63,226 nt of DNA, filler included, from Octopus bimaculoides (GCF_001194135.2; 4 parts of 4 records of this genome joined end to end with filler, not necessarily neighbours in it), one strand, 5' to 3'. Positions 11,454 through 23,800 are shown, counted from the first letter of the whole stretch. Numbers and translations: made by a program. The notes: generated from the sequence alone by a model not told the origin.

Positions 11454-12006
11454 AATTAATTCAATAATAGGATGAATTCTTTTATAAGAATTTATCAAGT
11501 AGCTAGCGTGAAAAAAACCGCATAAGGAAAAAATCCACCATTTATTCCCCAAAATATATTTATTTATATAAGGGCATTACTATACACGAATGCCTCACGC
11601 TAAGAGGGACTCTAAGGTCAAACTACCATAATAAACACATTTTTACCGAACGCGAGGAAATGCAACTCTCAAAGCTAGCCCCTTAAAAATAGACTAAACT
11701 ATAGATCATGATTTCGTAGTTATTACAGTATTATGCAACTTCTACTCGTCAGTATAGTATGGTCAAAACACATAGAAATAGACCAAAAAATCAACATGCC
11801 AAACGAACACCTCATGTATCCAGCATAGTACATAGAAGATTGTTTATCCCTATATATCTATGTAAGTGGCGGACTTTTTCGAAATGCATCTCGGTACATG
11901 TGTTTTTTCAGAATAAATTCAGCACTGCTCGCTACTTGATAAATTCAGCACCGCTAGCTACTTGATAAATTCTTATAAAATAATTCATCCTATTATTGAA
12001 TTAATT
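11454..12006. mobile_element. Element of about 550 bp bounded by 55-bp inverted repeats (MITE-like or inverted terminal repeat)
   Basis: 11454-11508 and 11952-12006 are reverse complements with one mismatch; a 29-bp tandem duplication lies at the inner edge of the right arm. Confidence 0.55.
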
Positions 12007-12813
12007 AAATAAATAACCAGAATATATTCAGAGTTCGAATCTCATAGCTGGCTGCTTACACTTTTTTCTGCAAAATAGAGAGATGTGCAGGTAATATCCA
12101 ACCAAACTTCACAGTTTTCCCCATTTACCAAGTGCAAAGAAACAACTTCTATACAAGAACGTTTAAATAAACAAAATTTGCTCATCGAAAAATACAGAAC
12201 ACGTCTAATTATGAACGCATAACAAACTTTGTTCTCAATATATATTTTAATTCATGATCACATATCCATCACTGTACATATTTCTTCTCATTGTGCATAT
12301 TTATCCCCTCCCGAAAAGATGAACAATTACCTCCTCTATCCCTATAACTATGATCGCCAATTACCTCTCCTTAGGTTCTTCTACTTGTTGAATCATTTAT
12401 TCATAAACTTCTCCACACACAACATGGACTAAAATCTTCTTAAGAAAATCTGAAATTACAATAATTTCAATGTCATGATTAGCGAAAACGAAACCGGCCG
12501 ACAAACAATATAAAATATATTAAGATATATTAAAACTATGTAAAGTATGTGCATTTCCTCCTTTTNNNNNNNNNNNNNNNNNNNNNNNNNNNNNNNNNNN
12601 NNNNNNNNNNNNNNNNNNNNNNNNNNNNNNNNNNNNNNNNNNNNNNNNNNNNNNNNNNNNNNNNNNNNNNNNNNNNNNNNNNNNNNNNNNNNNNNNNNNN
12701 NNNNNNNNNNNNNNNNNNNNNNNNNNNNNNNNNNNNNNNNNNNNNNNNNNNNNNNNNNNNNNNNNNNNNNNNNNNNNNNNNNNNNNNNNNNNNNNNNNNN
12801 NNNNNNNNNNNNN

Positions 12814-12844
<31 letters not shown>

Positions 12845-13492
12845 GTATCTATATGTGTGCATAGGTATATATGTGTGTATGTATGTATGTATGTATATCG
12901 CTATGGGGACCGCAACGAACAAATTGTTAGACCGCTATTGACAAAGCTAAAGAGTAAGCGGTGTGTATTTGTCTTGTGTTTAACCCTGGGTTTGAGCATG
13001 TCACCAAAACATATAAATCATTAACACGATGGATCTTGCTAGTGAGTGACATTATTTGGAAACAATATAAAACAAATCAGATGAATGTATTGTTGGCGGG
13101 TTACATTGTCTAAATTCAACATGTTTCCGGGGGAAAATCCCGTGAAATATAATAGATTCATCGCGGAAATGAATAAATAGTGTTCAGAATCAATTGAAAC
13201 CAGAAAAACTGGGGAAGAAAAATTTCAGGAATGAACCATTGAAGGCGAACGGGAAACTAGGAGGAGGAAAAAGAATGATGATGACGACGACAGCAATAAC
13301 AACAACAATTACAATCCAGATAAGCACTACATTTGATTGAAGTACTTCTCTTCATTCAAGCTTTCCATCAGACGCAATGCACTCAGGAGTCATCGCGCGC
13401 GCATGTATATGAATGTATTCACACATACACACACACACACACATTCATACACGACACACATATCCGCGCGCGCATATATATGTGTGTGTCTG

Positions 13493-13551
<59 letters not shown>

Positions 13552-14117
13552 AAATATATGTGTGTCTGTATATATATACATTTATATATATATATATATA
13601 TATAGGTAGGCCCACTCCTTTCAGGTCACTTCAGTGCTCCGATCCATAGTAGGTCAGAAGTGAAAGGGAACATCCTAGTCTTTATATAAATACCTTTACA
13701 CCCACATACTCACACATGCCTGCACACACACAGACACACACACGCACACACACACAAACACACACAAACACAAACACACACACACATATACATATAAATT
13801 TATATGAACGCGTATTTATTATATACGTATATAAATATATACATAAATATATTGTATGTCTGTGTGTTTGTGTATGTGTGTGTGTTTGTGTATGAGTTTG
13901 CGTGTGTAGTTGTGTGTGTGTATATGGATACTTTCATACACATATACACACATAATATGCTGTGTCGTCCGTTAATCTGGCGATGACGTAATAGCTATCT
14001 AAATAAGTATGAATAGAAAAATGCAAAAGAAGAGCTCTCATTTCTCTGTTCTGCTAAGAGGGTAAAGGCCTCTTCTGGTAGCGAAGTGTTTCTCGACGTC
14101 CATACACTGATGCTCAC

Positions 14118-14207
14118 TCACATCATGGTTGTCATCGTGTGATATTTCGAGTTTGTCTTCTTGGCCTTTGTTATACAACATGTTTCGTCTATCAGCTTCT
14201 CCAGGCG
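14118..14207 (-). CDS. Candidate last coding exon of the inferred minus-strand gene
   Basis: Acceptor ataaccag|, frame RLEKLIDETCCITKAKKTNSKYHTMTTMM*. A GTGAGT donor at 14116-14121 is an alternative to terminating here. Phase 0 matches the 20384-20473 candidate. Confidence 0.3.
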   Translation of the reverse strand, partial: RLEKLIDETCCITKAKKTNSKYHTMTTMM

Positions 14208-14404
14208 CTGGTTATGTTATTCAACAGGCGAATCTTCAAGTCCAAGTCTACTTAACTTCACAATATTTATTACAATCTATTTTTACCCTCCCCCTACACC
14301 TGTCATACATATCACATACAGTATTTGAAGTGCTTGTGTGTACAAGATATGAGTGTTTACGTATATTATTATTTTTCGTATACGCACAATATATTTTGTT
14401 GTTG

Positions 14405-14780
14405 GCACTCCGTCGCTTCCGACGTCGAGTGTTCCAGTTGATCCGACCAACGGAACAGCCTGCTCGCGAAATTAACGTGCAAGTGGCTGAGCACTCCACA
14501 GACACGTGTACCCTTAACGTAGTTCTCGGAGATATTCAGCGTGACACAGTGTGACAAGGCTGACCCTTTGAATTACAGGTACAACAAAAATACGAAGAAA
14601 GAGTGAGAGAAAGTTGTGGTGAAAGAGTACAGCAGTGTTCGCTACCATCCCCTGCCGGAGCCTCGTGGAGCTTTAGGCGTTTTCGCTCAATAAACACTCA
14701 CAACGCCCGGTCTGGGAATCGAAACCGCGATCCTATGACAGTGAGTCCGCTGCCCTAACCACTGGGCCATTGCGCCTCCA
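14405..14780 (-). mobile_element. Full-length tRNA-derived SINE family B
   Basis: Minus-strand head ggaggcgcaatggcccagtggttagggcagcggactc...gtttcgattcccagacc. Other copies at 22282-22630 (+), 15350-15528 (-) and 53950-54030 (-). Confidence 0.85.
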
Positions 14781-14989
14781 CGCACAATATCTTAAACTGT
14801 TGGAAGAGAAAAATTCCTAACTTCATACTACAAGAAGTAATTTTAGATGCCAAGAACCTACCTAAGTATTCTAGCTGTCTCTAATGACACCGTTTTGGGG
14901 AGCTGCACAGTGGTTCTCAACCGGAATCCGTTATGGTCCTTGGTGGCAGTGGGGATCCATAGACTCTCTTGCTCAAATTTACCTAGGTT

Positions 14990-15345
14990 CAGGCGTGGTT
15001 GTGTGGTAAGAAGCTTGTATCTCAGCCACATGGTTTCGCGTTCAGGCCTACAGCGTGGCACCTTCGGCACGTCTTCTACTTATAGCCTCGAACCGACAAA
15101 AGCTTTGTGAGTGGACTTGATAGACGGAAACTGAAAGAAGCTCGTAGTATATGTATACATATATGTATACATCTATACGTGTTTGTCTTTGTGTCTTAGT
15201 TTGTTCCCCACCATCACTCGGCAAACCGGGCTTTGAAGAAGAAATACGTCTTGGGGTCGATTTGTTCGACCGAAACCCTTCAAGGTGGTGCTCCAGCATT
15301 GCCACATTCAAATATGACCGAAGCAAGTAAAAAATAAAAGATAAT
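14990..15345 (+). mobile_element. Composite SINE family C (tRNA-like head, microsatellite linker, second module ending in gtaaaaga tail)
   Basis: gtgtggtaagaagcttg...gtggcacctt...gacggaaactgaaagaag, then TA linker, then ggggtcgatttg.tcgac...aagtaaaa. Many copies across the window. Confidence 0.8.
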
Positions 15346-16109
15346 GTACGTGAGAGAAAGTTGTGGTGAAAGAGTACAGCAGGGTTCGCCACTATCCCCT
15401 GCCGGAGCCTCGTGGAGCTTTAGATGTTTTCGCTCAATAAACACTCACAACGCCCGGTCTGGGAATCGAAACGGCGATCCTATGACCGTGAGTCCGCTGC
15501 CCTAACCACTGGGCCATTGCGCCTCCACAATAGAAATATAATGAGAAGATTTCAGACATCGAATGGCAATGAGGATCCCAACCCCTGAGCAAAATCGGAA
15601 TCAAAGGGGCCCGTACGCCAATTCTGCAGAGATTCGTAAAGGTTCAAACTTTATTGAATCTCTTGCACTTGCTTCCTTCAAGTAAACCTCTCTCCGGCAA
15701 TATCCTTACGTTATTTTGTGTTGACAGTGACTTAGCTAGAGTACGTGGCGTCCGGACCTGTCCTTGGGTTTTCCACTCCCCCCTCTCGACCCTAAAGGCA
15801 GCAACTTCACATCCACTTAGCAATACTCACTTCTAAATATGGCCGATTCCTTGCCTGGAAAACTTAGTAAATGTCATAACTCACTAGTTTCGTTGGAATA
15901 CTAAATCCATTGTTTCCGCTTCCGTTCCCACTCGACAATACTTCAAATCAATTGTTAGGGACCTTAACAATCAAATGGGTTTTTCAACTTCCTCTTCTAC
16001 GCTTCCTCTACCGATCTCATGATATATTTTATAGTAATAATATTTATTGACGTTTTATTTTTCCAATCATCGAGCCTACGGCCGGTCATCTTAGGGTTTG
16101 GGTGCCACA

Positions 16110-16360
16110 GCTTCCCATATATTAATATATTAATAAATTATTCTAATATATTACTATATATTATATTAATATATTATTAATATATATATTAACATATTAA
16201 TTAATATATTAATATATTATTAATATATATATTAACATATTAATTAATATATTAATATATTATTAATATATATTAAAATATATATTAATATATATTAAAA
16301 TATATTTCAATATATTATCATATATATATTATTAATATATTATATTAATACATTATTCTA
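16110..16360. repeat. AT-only low-complexity array of (atattaat)-like units
   Basis: About 250 bp of almost exclusively A/T with recurring palindromic ATATTAATAT. Confidence 0.85.
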
Positions 16361-16419
16361 CTAACGCACATAAATATATATACATGGATACGTACAAGCA
16401 TAAATAGTTACACACACAC

Positions 16420-16703
16420 ACAGGGAGACGTACCATTTCTCTGTTTTTTTGTTTTGTCCTTGTTTTCGTATACATTCGATTGCTTTCTTCCAAAGAATCT
16501 AGTGCTCTTAGCTTAGCTTTTCTTAGGGCCGGTCAGATTGGAGCAGTCTGGAGCATAACCGGCCGAAACTGCATGAACGATCTGGTACTCGACTGACGAT
16601 AGAAAGCTCCGAATGACCCTTCTTTGTTTTTTCCTGTCCCTTTCGTATCGTCAAAATGTCCGAATGTTTTGTTGTCGCCTGTTATATTCTTGTTCTATTT
16701 TTT

Positions 16704-16705
<2 letters not shown>
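16420..16705 (+). mobile_element. Non-coding repeat family P2 (possible Penelope-type terminal region)
   Basis: Homologous to 47630-47900 (-). Contains GGCCGG...CCGGCC-GAAAC and CTGACGA words. The Penelope link is inference. Confidence 0.5.
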
Positions 16706-16743
<38 letters not shown>

Positions 16744-16843
16744 NNNNNNNNNNNNNNNNNNNNNNNNNNNNNNNNNNNNNNNNNNNNTTAATTAATTAAN
16801 NNNNNNNNNNNNNNNNNNNNNNNNNNNNNNNNNNNNNNNNNNN
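16744..16843. other. Artificial 100-bp scaffold join: N44-TTAATTAATTAA-N44
   Basis: Identical 44+12+44 layout also at 45477-45576 and 59996-60095. The 12-mer gives stops in all six frames. Confidence 0.9.
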
Positions 16844-18223
16844 ATACAGGTTTCTTTCTGTTTCCTTGTACTAAATCAACTCACAAGGCTTTGGTCTGCC
16901 TGAGGCTATATGAGAAGACACTGGGCGAACGTGGTACGCAGTGAAACTGAACTTGAAATCGTGTGGTTGGGAAGCGAATTTCTTACCACACAGGTACAAA
17001 CAATTTCAAAATAATTTTTTAGTTTGAAAGAAAGAAAAAATCCTTCCGTGTCTAGTTTATTGCCGAGTTTTAAGTCACCATTGGTTAATACGGAACTTTG
17101 TCGAGTTCGTTGCTTTACTGCCTGAAAACTTAAAACGATAGATTACCGCACTATGCAGTATTATTAATCCATGTTGTCAGCGCATGCATTATTATTAAAA
17201 TTTAAACGGACTAGTTTAGTTGGCTCCTATGTCATACGCACTATGAATCACAGTAGCTACTAAGCTCTTGAACTGTGAAATGAAATTTCATGCTTACTCC
17301 AGTAATGATGATAAATATCTACCAAAAAATAGAATTGTTATTTTCTTTTAAGTCATGTTGCCTCACTAAACTTGACATATCTCAACAGAAATTATTCTCA
17401 AACATGATGTTTCTCAACAAAAGCTAGATCGCTATATAAAACAGCTTTCGTAGTAAAGAGTAATGAAAGTTTGAGTAGATATATCTGCATTTTGCAGTAG
17501 AAGAGTTAAGGAGCCAGGCAATGGTTACTTTTGTCCAACAAAGGCTGAGTACTCCACAGACATGTATAACATTAACGTAGTTTTCAGGGAGATTCAGCCT
17601 CACACAGAATATGACAAGGCTGGCTCCTTTGAATTACAGCTACAACTCGAGACATATATATATATATATGAATGTATTTGTTTGTGTGTGTATAGTTTAG
17701 GTTAGTTAAAACATGTTTGCAATAATAAGTGTCGCATGGTGGAAATAAACGCAATTACCAAACTTTCATTCATAAATCCGTTTATTATTTCGTTCTTTTG
17801 CATTTCAATTCGTACATCAAGGTTCTTTAAATATGTACGATGTATTTTAAGGTTAAATAGTAATTCCGTATTTTTGTTGGATTATATAGTCATTGGTGTT
17901 ACATTACTTTCTATATTCTGTAACTGTCACAATATACTTTTCTAGACCTGAGTTTTTTGTGGAGAGGGCGCCAGTTGGTCGACCCAGTACACAACTGATA
18001 TTTAATTTATCAATCTCGAAAGGACGAAAGGCAAAGTCGATCTCGGCAGAATTTGAACTCAGAAAGTAAAGACAGACAGCACCATTTCTCATGGCACCAG
18101 TACACTGTTTACAGATGCTTACATTTGTTTGTTTTCCGTGAATTCTTCACGGGTCCAGCTAGTTACTATCATCATCATCATCATCATCATTATTATTATT
18201 AATATTATTATCATCATTATTAA

Positions 18224-18435
18224 CAAGGCGGCGAGCTGGTAGAATCGTTAGCACGCTGGGCGAAATGTTTAGCGGTATTTCGTCTACCACTACGTTGATT
18301 TCAAATTCCACCGAGGCCGCTTTGCTTTTCATTCTTTCAGGGTCGATAAATTAAGTACTAGTTGAGTACTGGGGTCGATGTAATCGACTATCCTCCTCTC
18401 TCACATTTCAGGGCCTTGTGCCTATAGTAGAAAGG
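18224..18435 (+). mobile_element. SINE family A copy
   Basis: aaggcggcgagctgg.agaatcgttagcacg...tcaaattcc...ctggggtcgatgtaatcgac. Similar copies at 18740-18945, 19410-19620, 31770-31950, 32172-32380, 21085-21250 (-), 41865-42060 (-) and 57940-58420 (-). Confidence 0.85.
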
Positions 18436-18444
18436 ATTATCATT

Positions 18445-18720
18445 CAGTTCTATATTTAAGAGATGAGGAATTATGTACATTATTTACATTCGACGGATAT
18501 TTGTCCTCATCTTGTTTGTTGTTAACACAACGTTTCGGTTGATATACCCTCCAGCCTTCTTCGGGTGTCTTGGGGAAATTTTCTAAGGTATTTCCTAAGG
18601 AGATACCTGAGGAATGAGAACCCAGGTTCGAAATTTCCCCAAGACACCTGAAGAAGGCTGGAGGGTATATCAGCCGAAACGTTAACAAGACGAGGACAAA
18701 CATCTGTCTAATGTAAATAA
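18445..18720. mobile_element. Divergent inverted pair of the family-D 3' module, each arm with a hammerhead-like motif
   Basis: 18445-18583 (-) and 18603-18720 (+). Minus copy 18524-18569 has core CCGAAGA. Plus copy 18643-18683 has intact CTGAAGA and perfect GGCTG/CAGCC but lacks the GTGTT stem I strand. Confidence 0.7.
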
Positions 18721-19635
18721 GGATTATAATTATTATTAACAAGGTGGCGTACTGGTAGAATCATTAGCACGCCGGGCAAAATGTTTAGTGGTATTTCACC
18801 TATCGCTACATTCTGAGTTTAAATTCCGCCGATGTCGACTTTTCCTTTCATAAATTAAGTACCAGTGAAACACTGGGGTCGATGTAATCGATTAGTCCCC
18901 TCTATCAAAATGTCAGGCTTTGTGCCTTTAGTAGAAAAGACTGTTATTATTGAGTGAGAAAGCAGTGCATGACACTGGGATAAAATATACGAAGCCCAGT
19001 ATACCCATCATGAATACTCGTCTGATAATGGTACGCCAGGTACATGCATCACAACCATATGTGTGCGACGTGGTGATCTCGTATCAAGGTAAACAGTGCA
19101 TGACCTTGCAGGTGGGGCTCAGTTAGAATTTTCTTCAGGTCGAGTAGCTCATCCCGCTCAAAAGGACCCTGAAAAACTGTTGCTTAAGAATATTGAACGA
19201 AACATTCATGCTTCCAGAGGTGAATTATTCAAATCCCAAAGAATTCCTCTCGACATAGCTATGATGCTCTCCAATTACTTATGCTCGTGATCAGAGATGC
19301 ACAAATCGTCATCCACCAAAGGACATGCTCAACTGGTTAAGGTCAAGCAACTGACAAACAAATTTGTGGTATTGAGCAGAATATTTGCTGTAATTATTAT
19401 TATTATTGAAAGCGGCGAGCTGGCAGAATCGTTATCACGCTTAGCGGCATTTCGTCAGTCTTTATGCTCTGAGTTTAAATTCCGCCGAGGTCGACTTCGC
19501 CTTCCACCCCCGTTTTTGAGAGTCGATAAAATAAGTACCAGTTGAGTACTGAGGTCGATGTAATCGACTATCCCCTTGCCCCACAAAAGTTCAAACCTAG
19601 TGCCTATAGCAGAAAAGATTATTTATTATTATTAC

Positions 19636-19673
<38 letters not shown>

Positions 19674-20383
19674 GTGGAAATTAATCGCTTTCAATACTAA
19701 TTCTTTCTACTAAAAGGCCTGAAATTTGGGGCGGGGGCGACTAGTCGATTACATCAACCCCAGTGTGTCACTGGTACTTAATTTATCTACCCCGAAAGGC
19801 TGAAAGGTAAAGTCGAATTCCATCGATGTCGACTTTGCTTTTCATCCCTTCGGGGTCGGTAAAATAAAGAACAAGTCAAGTACTGGAATCCGTGTAATCG
19901 ATTTGACCACTCCCCCTCAAAATTATTGACCCTGAACCCTGCAACGGACCAGCGTCCCGTCAGGAGAATCGCTATGATTTCGGTCGTTTATATACTTTAA
20001 CCAGCCTTATGAGTTCTACGGTTCGAGAAAAGTTTGTCTGCCTTTTCTACAATCCTCTCAGCCCCTACAGTTTCCTTTCCCACGATCTCCTAAGAAAAAC
20101 ACTGACCTAGGGTTAATCAGGACGGTACATAGATTTAGGATTTCAACGTCAAGGAAAATGCCTCATCTCCTAGCTGATATTTCCGAGCTGTATCCCACAT
20201 AACTATGTACCAGGAAACCCAATTCTTTAGTAGTGGTGCCCCACTGACCAATTACTTGTAGCGGGAATGGATTAGGTCAGCCTCTGCTCACTGATTTGTT
20301 TTTGTTAAACACTTAAGCTCAATATTTGACCTGATGTTAACCTACGTAACTAAAATATTCCTCAACAAGAAATATAAACATAC

Positions 20384-20473
20384 ATTAAACTCATTTGTTA
20401 TTTCTCTTTTATGTTGGCTTTTGACCTTTCTCGATATGGCGTCATTTCGTCGATGGAATTCAGCACTAGCAAA
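20384..20473 (-). CDS. Candidate internal exon of the inferred minus-strand gene
   Basis: aataacaatag| ... |GTATGT, 90 nt, phase 0-0, FASAEFHRRNDAISRKVKSQHKREITNEFN. Confidence 0.4.
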
Positions 20474-20844
20474 CTATTGTTATTTACAGTCATAAAAATT
20501 AGTTGAACGAATAAGGTAACAAATTAGAGGTTTCAAGTTCGTATCCAGAGTAGGTATATAGAGTCGTTGTTATAAGCGTTGTTATTGTTAAGCCCATGTC
20601 AGTCTACATGTGTAGCAAGATTCGTAGAAGACTCAGGGCCCTCTTAGCAGTATTAAAGACCCTCGGGAAAATGAATGCATTGGGCCCAATAGTATTTGAC
20701 AACAAGCTACAGCATAGATCAGAATTGGGCCCCAAGACCCGTGAGATCCCCGAGGAACTGCCCAATATACCCGTGTCTTTCCCACGTAAAAGATGAAACT
20801 AAGAAGATTGAAATAAAATCAATTGCTATGTGGACAGTAAGGAA

Positions 20845-20878
20845 TTTGATGTTTCGGACTCTTGCCTTTCATCAGAAA
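20845..20878 (-). ncRNA. Degenerate hammerhead-like motif
   Basis: Minus strand TTT CTGATGA AAGGCAAGAGTCC GAAAC ATC AAA. Core intact but stems are short, and ATC may be a CpG-decayed GTC. Confidence 0.3.
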
Positions 20879-21429
20879 ACGAGAAAGAAGGTAGAGGGAA
20901 TGAATTCTCAGACAGACGCACAGCAGACCTTGGAGTGGGCAGTAAGGAAGTCACCGAGTCACCGAAAAGATTGCGAACAGCAACGAAAGAACTTTGACTA
21001 ATAAACAAACAACCGATCGATTATTTAACCAACACAATAAACAAACAACTGATTATTAGTTGGTTAGATATTTAAGCAAATGACTAATAATAATCTTTTC
21101 TACTCTAGGCATAAGTGCCGAAACTTTTGGGGAGGGGTCAGTCGATTAGATCGACCCCGGTACGCAACTGGCACTTAATTCTTCGACCCCGAAAGGATGG
21201 AAGGCAAAGTCAACCTCGGCGAAATTTGAACTCAGAACGTAAAACTGACTAACAATAATAATAATAAAATGGTATTAAACCTGTGTAATAACTCAAGACA
21301 ACAAAATTCGTTTCAACACACGAATTCACATCAAGAATCTTGCAAACTAAATATAAAAACTAAGTATTATTTGCTTCAAGCGAAATATGTTTCAAATGAT
21401 GGTTATAGAGCGAATACGTTTTCATAGGT

Positions 21430-21780
21430 GCAGGCGTGGTTGTGTGGTAAGAAGCTTGCTTCCAAACTACATGGTTCCGGATTCAGTCTCACTGCGTGGC
21501 ACTTCAGGCCGACTAAAGTCTTGTGAGTGAATTTGGCAGACGGAAACTGAAGGAGGCACGTCGTATGTGTGTGTGTGGGGTGTCTTGTCTCCCACCACCG
21601 CTTGACAACCAGTACTGGTGTGTTTACGTCCCCGTAACTTAGCGGTTCGGCAATAGAGAGAGACAAAATAAATACCAGATTTAAAATAAGTACTGGGGTC
21701 GATTCATTCGACTCAAAATTCTACAAGGCGGTGCTCCAGCATAGCCACAGTAATTACTGTAACAAGTAAAAGATAAAAGA
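21430..21780 (+). mobile_element. SINE family C copy
   Basis: Same head, linker and tail as 14990-15345 and 25480-25893. Confidence 0.8.
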
Positions 21781-22039
21781 TTTGCTTTTGTTTCATATCC
21801 GAGTTTAATATTTAGAATATCTGAGCGGTAGGAGATAGAATGGTTAAAAGAAATACCGGGCTAGCGACAACTCGATCGGCAAAGTAGTCGGCTGAATTAA
21901 TTGATCATATCCTGCTCTAGTATCTCACAAATAATTATTTGGACTATTCAAGTAGTTGTCTCAGGTTTCGTTATCTCGTCACACCTTTACCTAAATAACT
22001 GATCTTAACTTTGTAGCTATCAAAATTATGTTATATAAC

Positions 22040-22235
22040 TACCAGCATAGCTTGAGGGGATCGGTTAGGGTGGTCAGCCCCGGGCGACACTTTTAAAGGA
22101 GCGGTACTTTTAAAGGGGTGGCACTTTTCATCATTTTGTAGGCTATTGCAGTAGGCAATATGTGTTTTTAGTGGGGCCCGGTGGCGGCAAACGGAAGGGC
22201 CGCTCCGAGCAACACACACTCTAACTACGCTAGTG
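22040..22235 (+). mobile_element. hAT-type MITE
   Basis: Terminal inverted repeats (c/t)ac(t/c)agc(g/a)tagct...a(g/a)cta(c/t)gctagtg and 8-bp flanks tatataac/catataac (7 of 8). Homologous to 26650-26964. Confidence 0.65.
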
Positions 22236-22281
22236 CATATAACTAATCTTGTGTGACATCGAAGTATTTCGTGTCAGTGAA

Positions 22282-22630
22282 GGCACAATGGCCCAGTGGT
22301 TAGGGCAGCAGACTCGTGGTCGTGGGATCGTAGTTTCGATTCCCAGACCGGGCGTTGTGTTTATTGAGCGAAAACACCTAAAGCTCCACGAGGCTCCGGC
22401 AGGGGTGGTGGCGAATCCTGCTGTACTCTTTCTCTCACTCTTTCTGTTGTACCTGTATTTCAAAGGGCCAGCCTTGTCATACACTGTGTCACGCTGAATA
22501 TCCCCGAGAACTACTTTAAGAGTAGACGTGTTTGTGGATTGCTCAATCATTTACACGTTAATTTCACGAGCAGGCTGTTCCGTTGGTCGGATCAACTGAA
22601 ACCTTCGTCGTCGTAACCAACGGAGTGCAA
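22282..22630 (+). mobile_element. Full-length SINE family B copy
   Basis: ggcacaatggcccagtggttagggcagcagactc...tttcgattcccagacc head; 3' part matches 14405-14585. Confidence 0.85.
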
Positions 22631-22829
22631 CGACGACGATTTCGTGTCAGCTTGTCTAACACTGCAGCTAATAAACTACAGAACAATAGACCATAAAACG
22701 CTTATATTTTATCTTCCTGGTGTGAATCAGAATCTATATACTTTAGTAACATACAACATTTTTACTTAACATTTTAGATTTTACTCGCTCTATTAAAAAC
22801 AATTTCCCTTTCTACTTCTTTCAACTATA

Positions 22830-23800
22830 CAATGGCAGTGGTACAAGAATCCACATTTGCCGAATTGTCCTTCAGAAGTGCGGTGAAATCTTCTGAAGCA
22901 GCCAAGCTTTGTAAGGACTCGTTAAGACCGCCGACAATTTTAACACAGTTCAAAGACAAATTTGAAAGGGATCAGCCGACAGCTACTGCCAGTCTCAAAT
23001 ATTATGACTTGAAATATGTAGTGGCCGAAGAAATTACGATATTTTCTGGATTTCGTTTCCTCAACTTCCAATACTGAAGAATCGGATCTATGTGCACTGA
23101 GAACCTAAGATCAAGCGAAAAGTGTCTACGACTGTTGCATACTAGAACAGACGCTTTTTTTTTTTTTTTCTAAAGAAACTAAGTCAGTTCATCGGGGCAG
23201 CGCCCGACACAATAGTCAAGACTACAGACTTCAGAATGCTGGGAATTCCCAGTTTGGGCAAAACACCATTGAGTCTGCGAGAGAAGCAATGATAATTCTT
23301 TAATATTGCCACATGTGTACCGAACTGATTCACAGTTAGCCACTTAAGCGGATTGTGATATGCAATCCTTCGAGGTTGAGGTTTCCGATGGAAGATAAAA
23401 GAAGATCGTTAACCCATGGAGATTTGGCTGCGAGTATTCGACTCCTGTCATAGTGATCAACATCTATGGCAGGCAAATCACTCGCCCCTCTAGAAACAAT
23501 ATTGTCTATTTCTGTCTTCGCTTCTGTTTTGTGCAGGAGATAAAAACTGGGATAAAAACTCGTTTCCTGTGGAACTCAAGAAATCAAGAGGTGATTAACT
23601 AGAGTAGCCGAGCTACATATAAGACTATGTTTATGACAGGCAACGCAGCATAAAACTGGTATCAAACTGACTGCATCGATCCAAGAGTTATTCATTAGTT
23701 TTACAAACGGACTCTTCTTACAAAGGCACAAAAATAACATTTTCTTTGAAGAAGAATCGACACCAAGTAAATATTCATCGTAAACGTTAGTGTAATAAAT
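22830..23800 (-). mobile_element. Decayed CRE-like (RLE-type) non-LTR retrotransposon, C-terminal region
   Basis: Across frameshifts the minus strand reads AAKSPWVNDLLLSSIGNLNLEGLHITIRL, GIPSIL, SSVLEVEETKSRKY and YIFQVIIFETG. These resemble the LRIAV.LRLG, G.P...EP, AE..K..KY and F.P...ET.G motifs of CRE-type elements. Confidence 0.55.

Noticed and set aside
15830-15960. Promoter-like GCGGAAGCGGAA with a GTGAGT donor on the minus strand
   Set aside because: Both nearby ATGs hit stops before the donor, and nothing else supports a transcription start.
22832-23077. Plus-strand 81-aa ORF MAVVQEST...
   Set aside because: It is antisense to the CRE-like fossil, which explains the sequence better.
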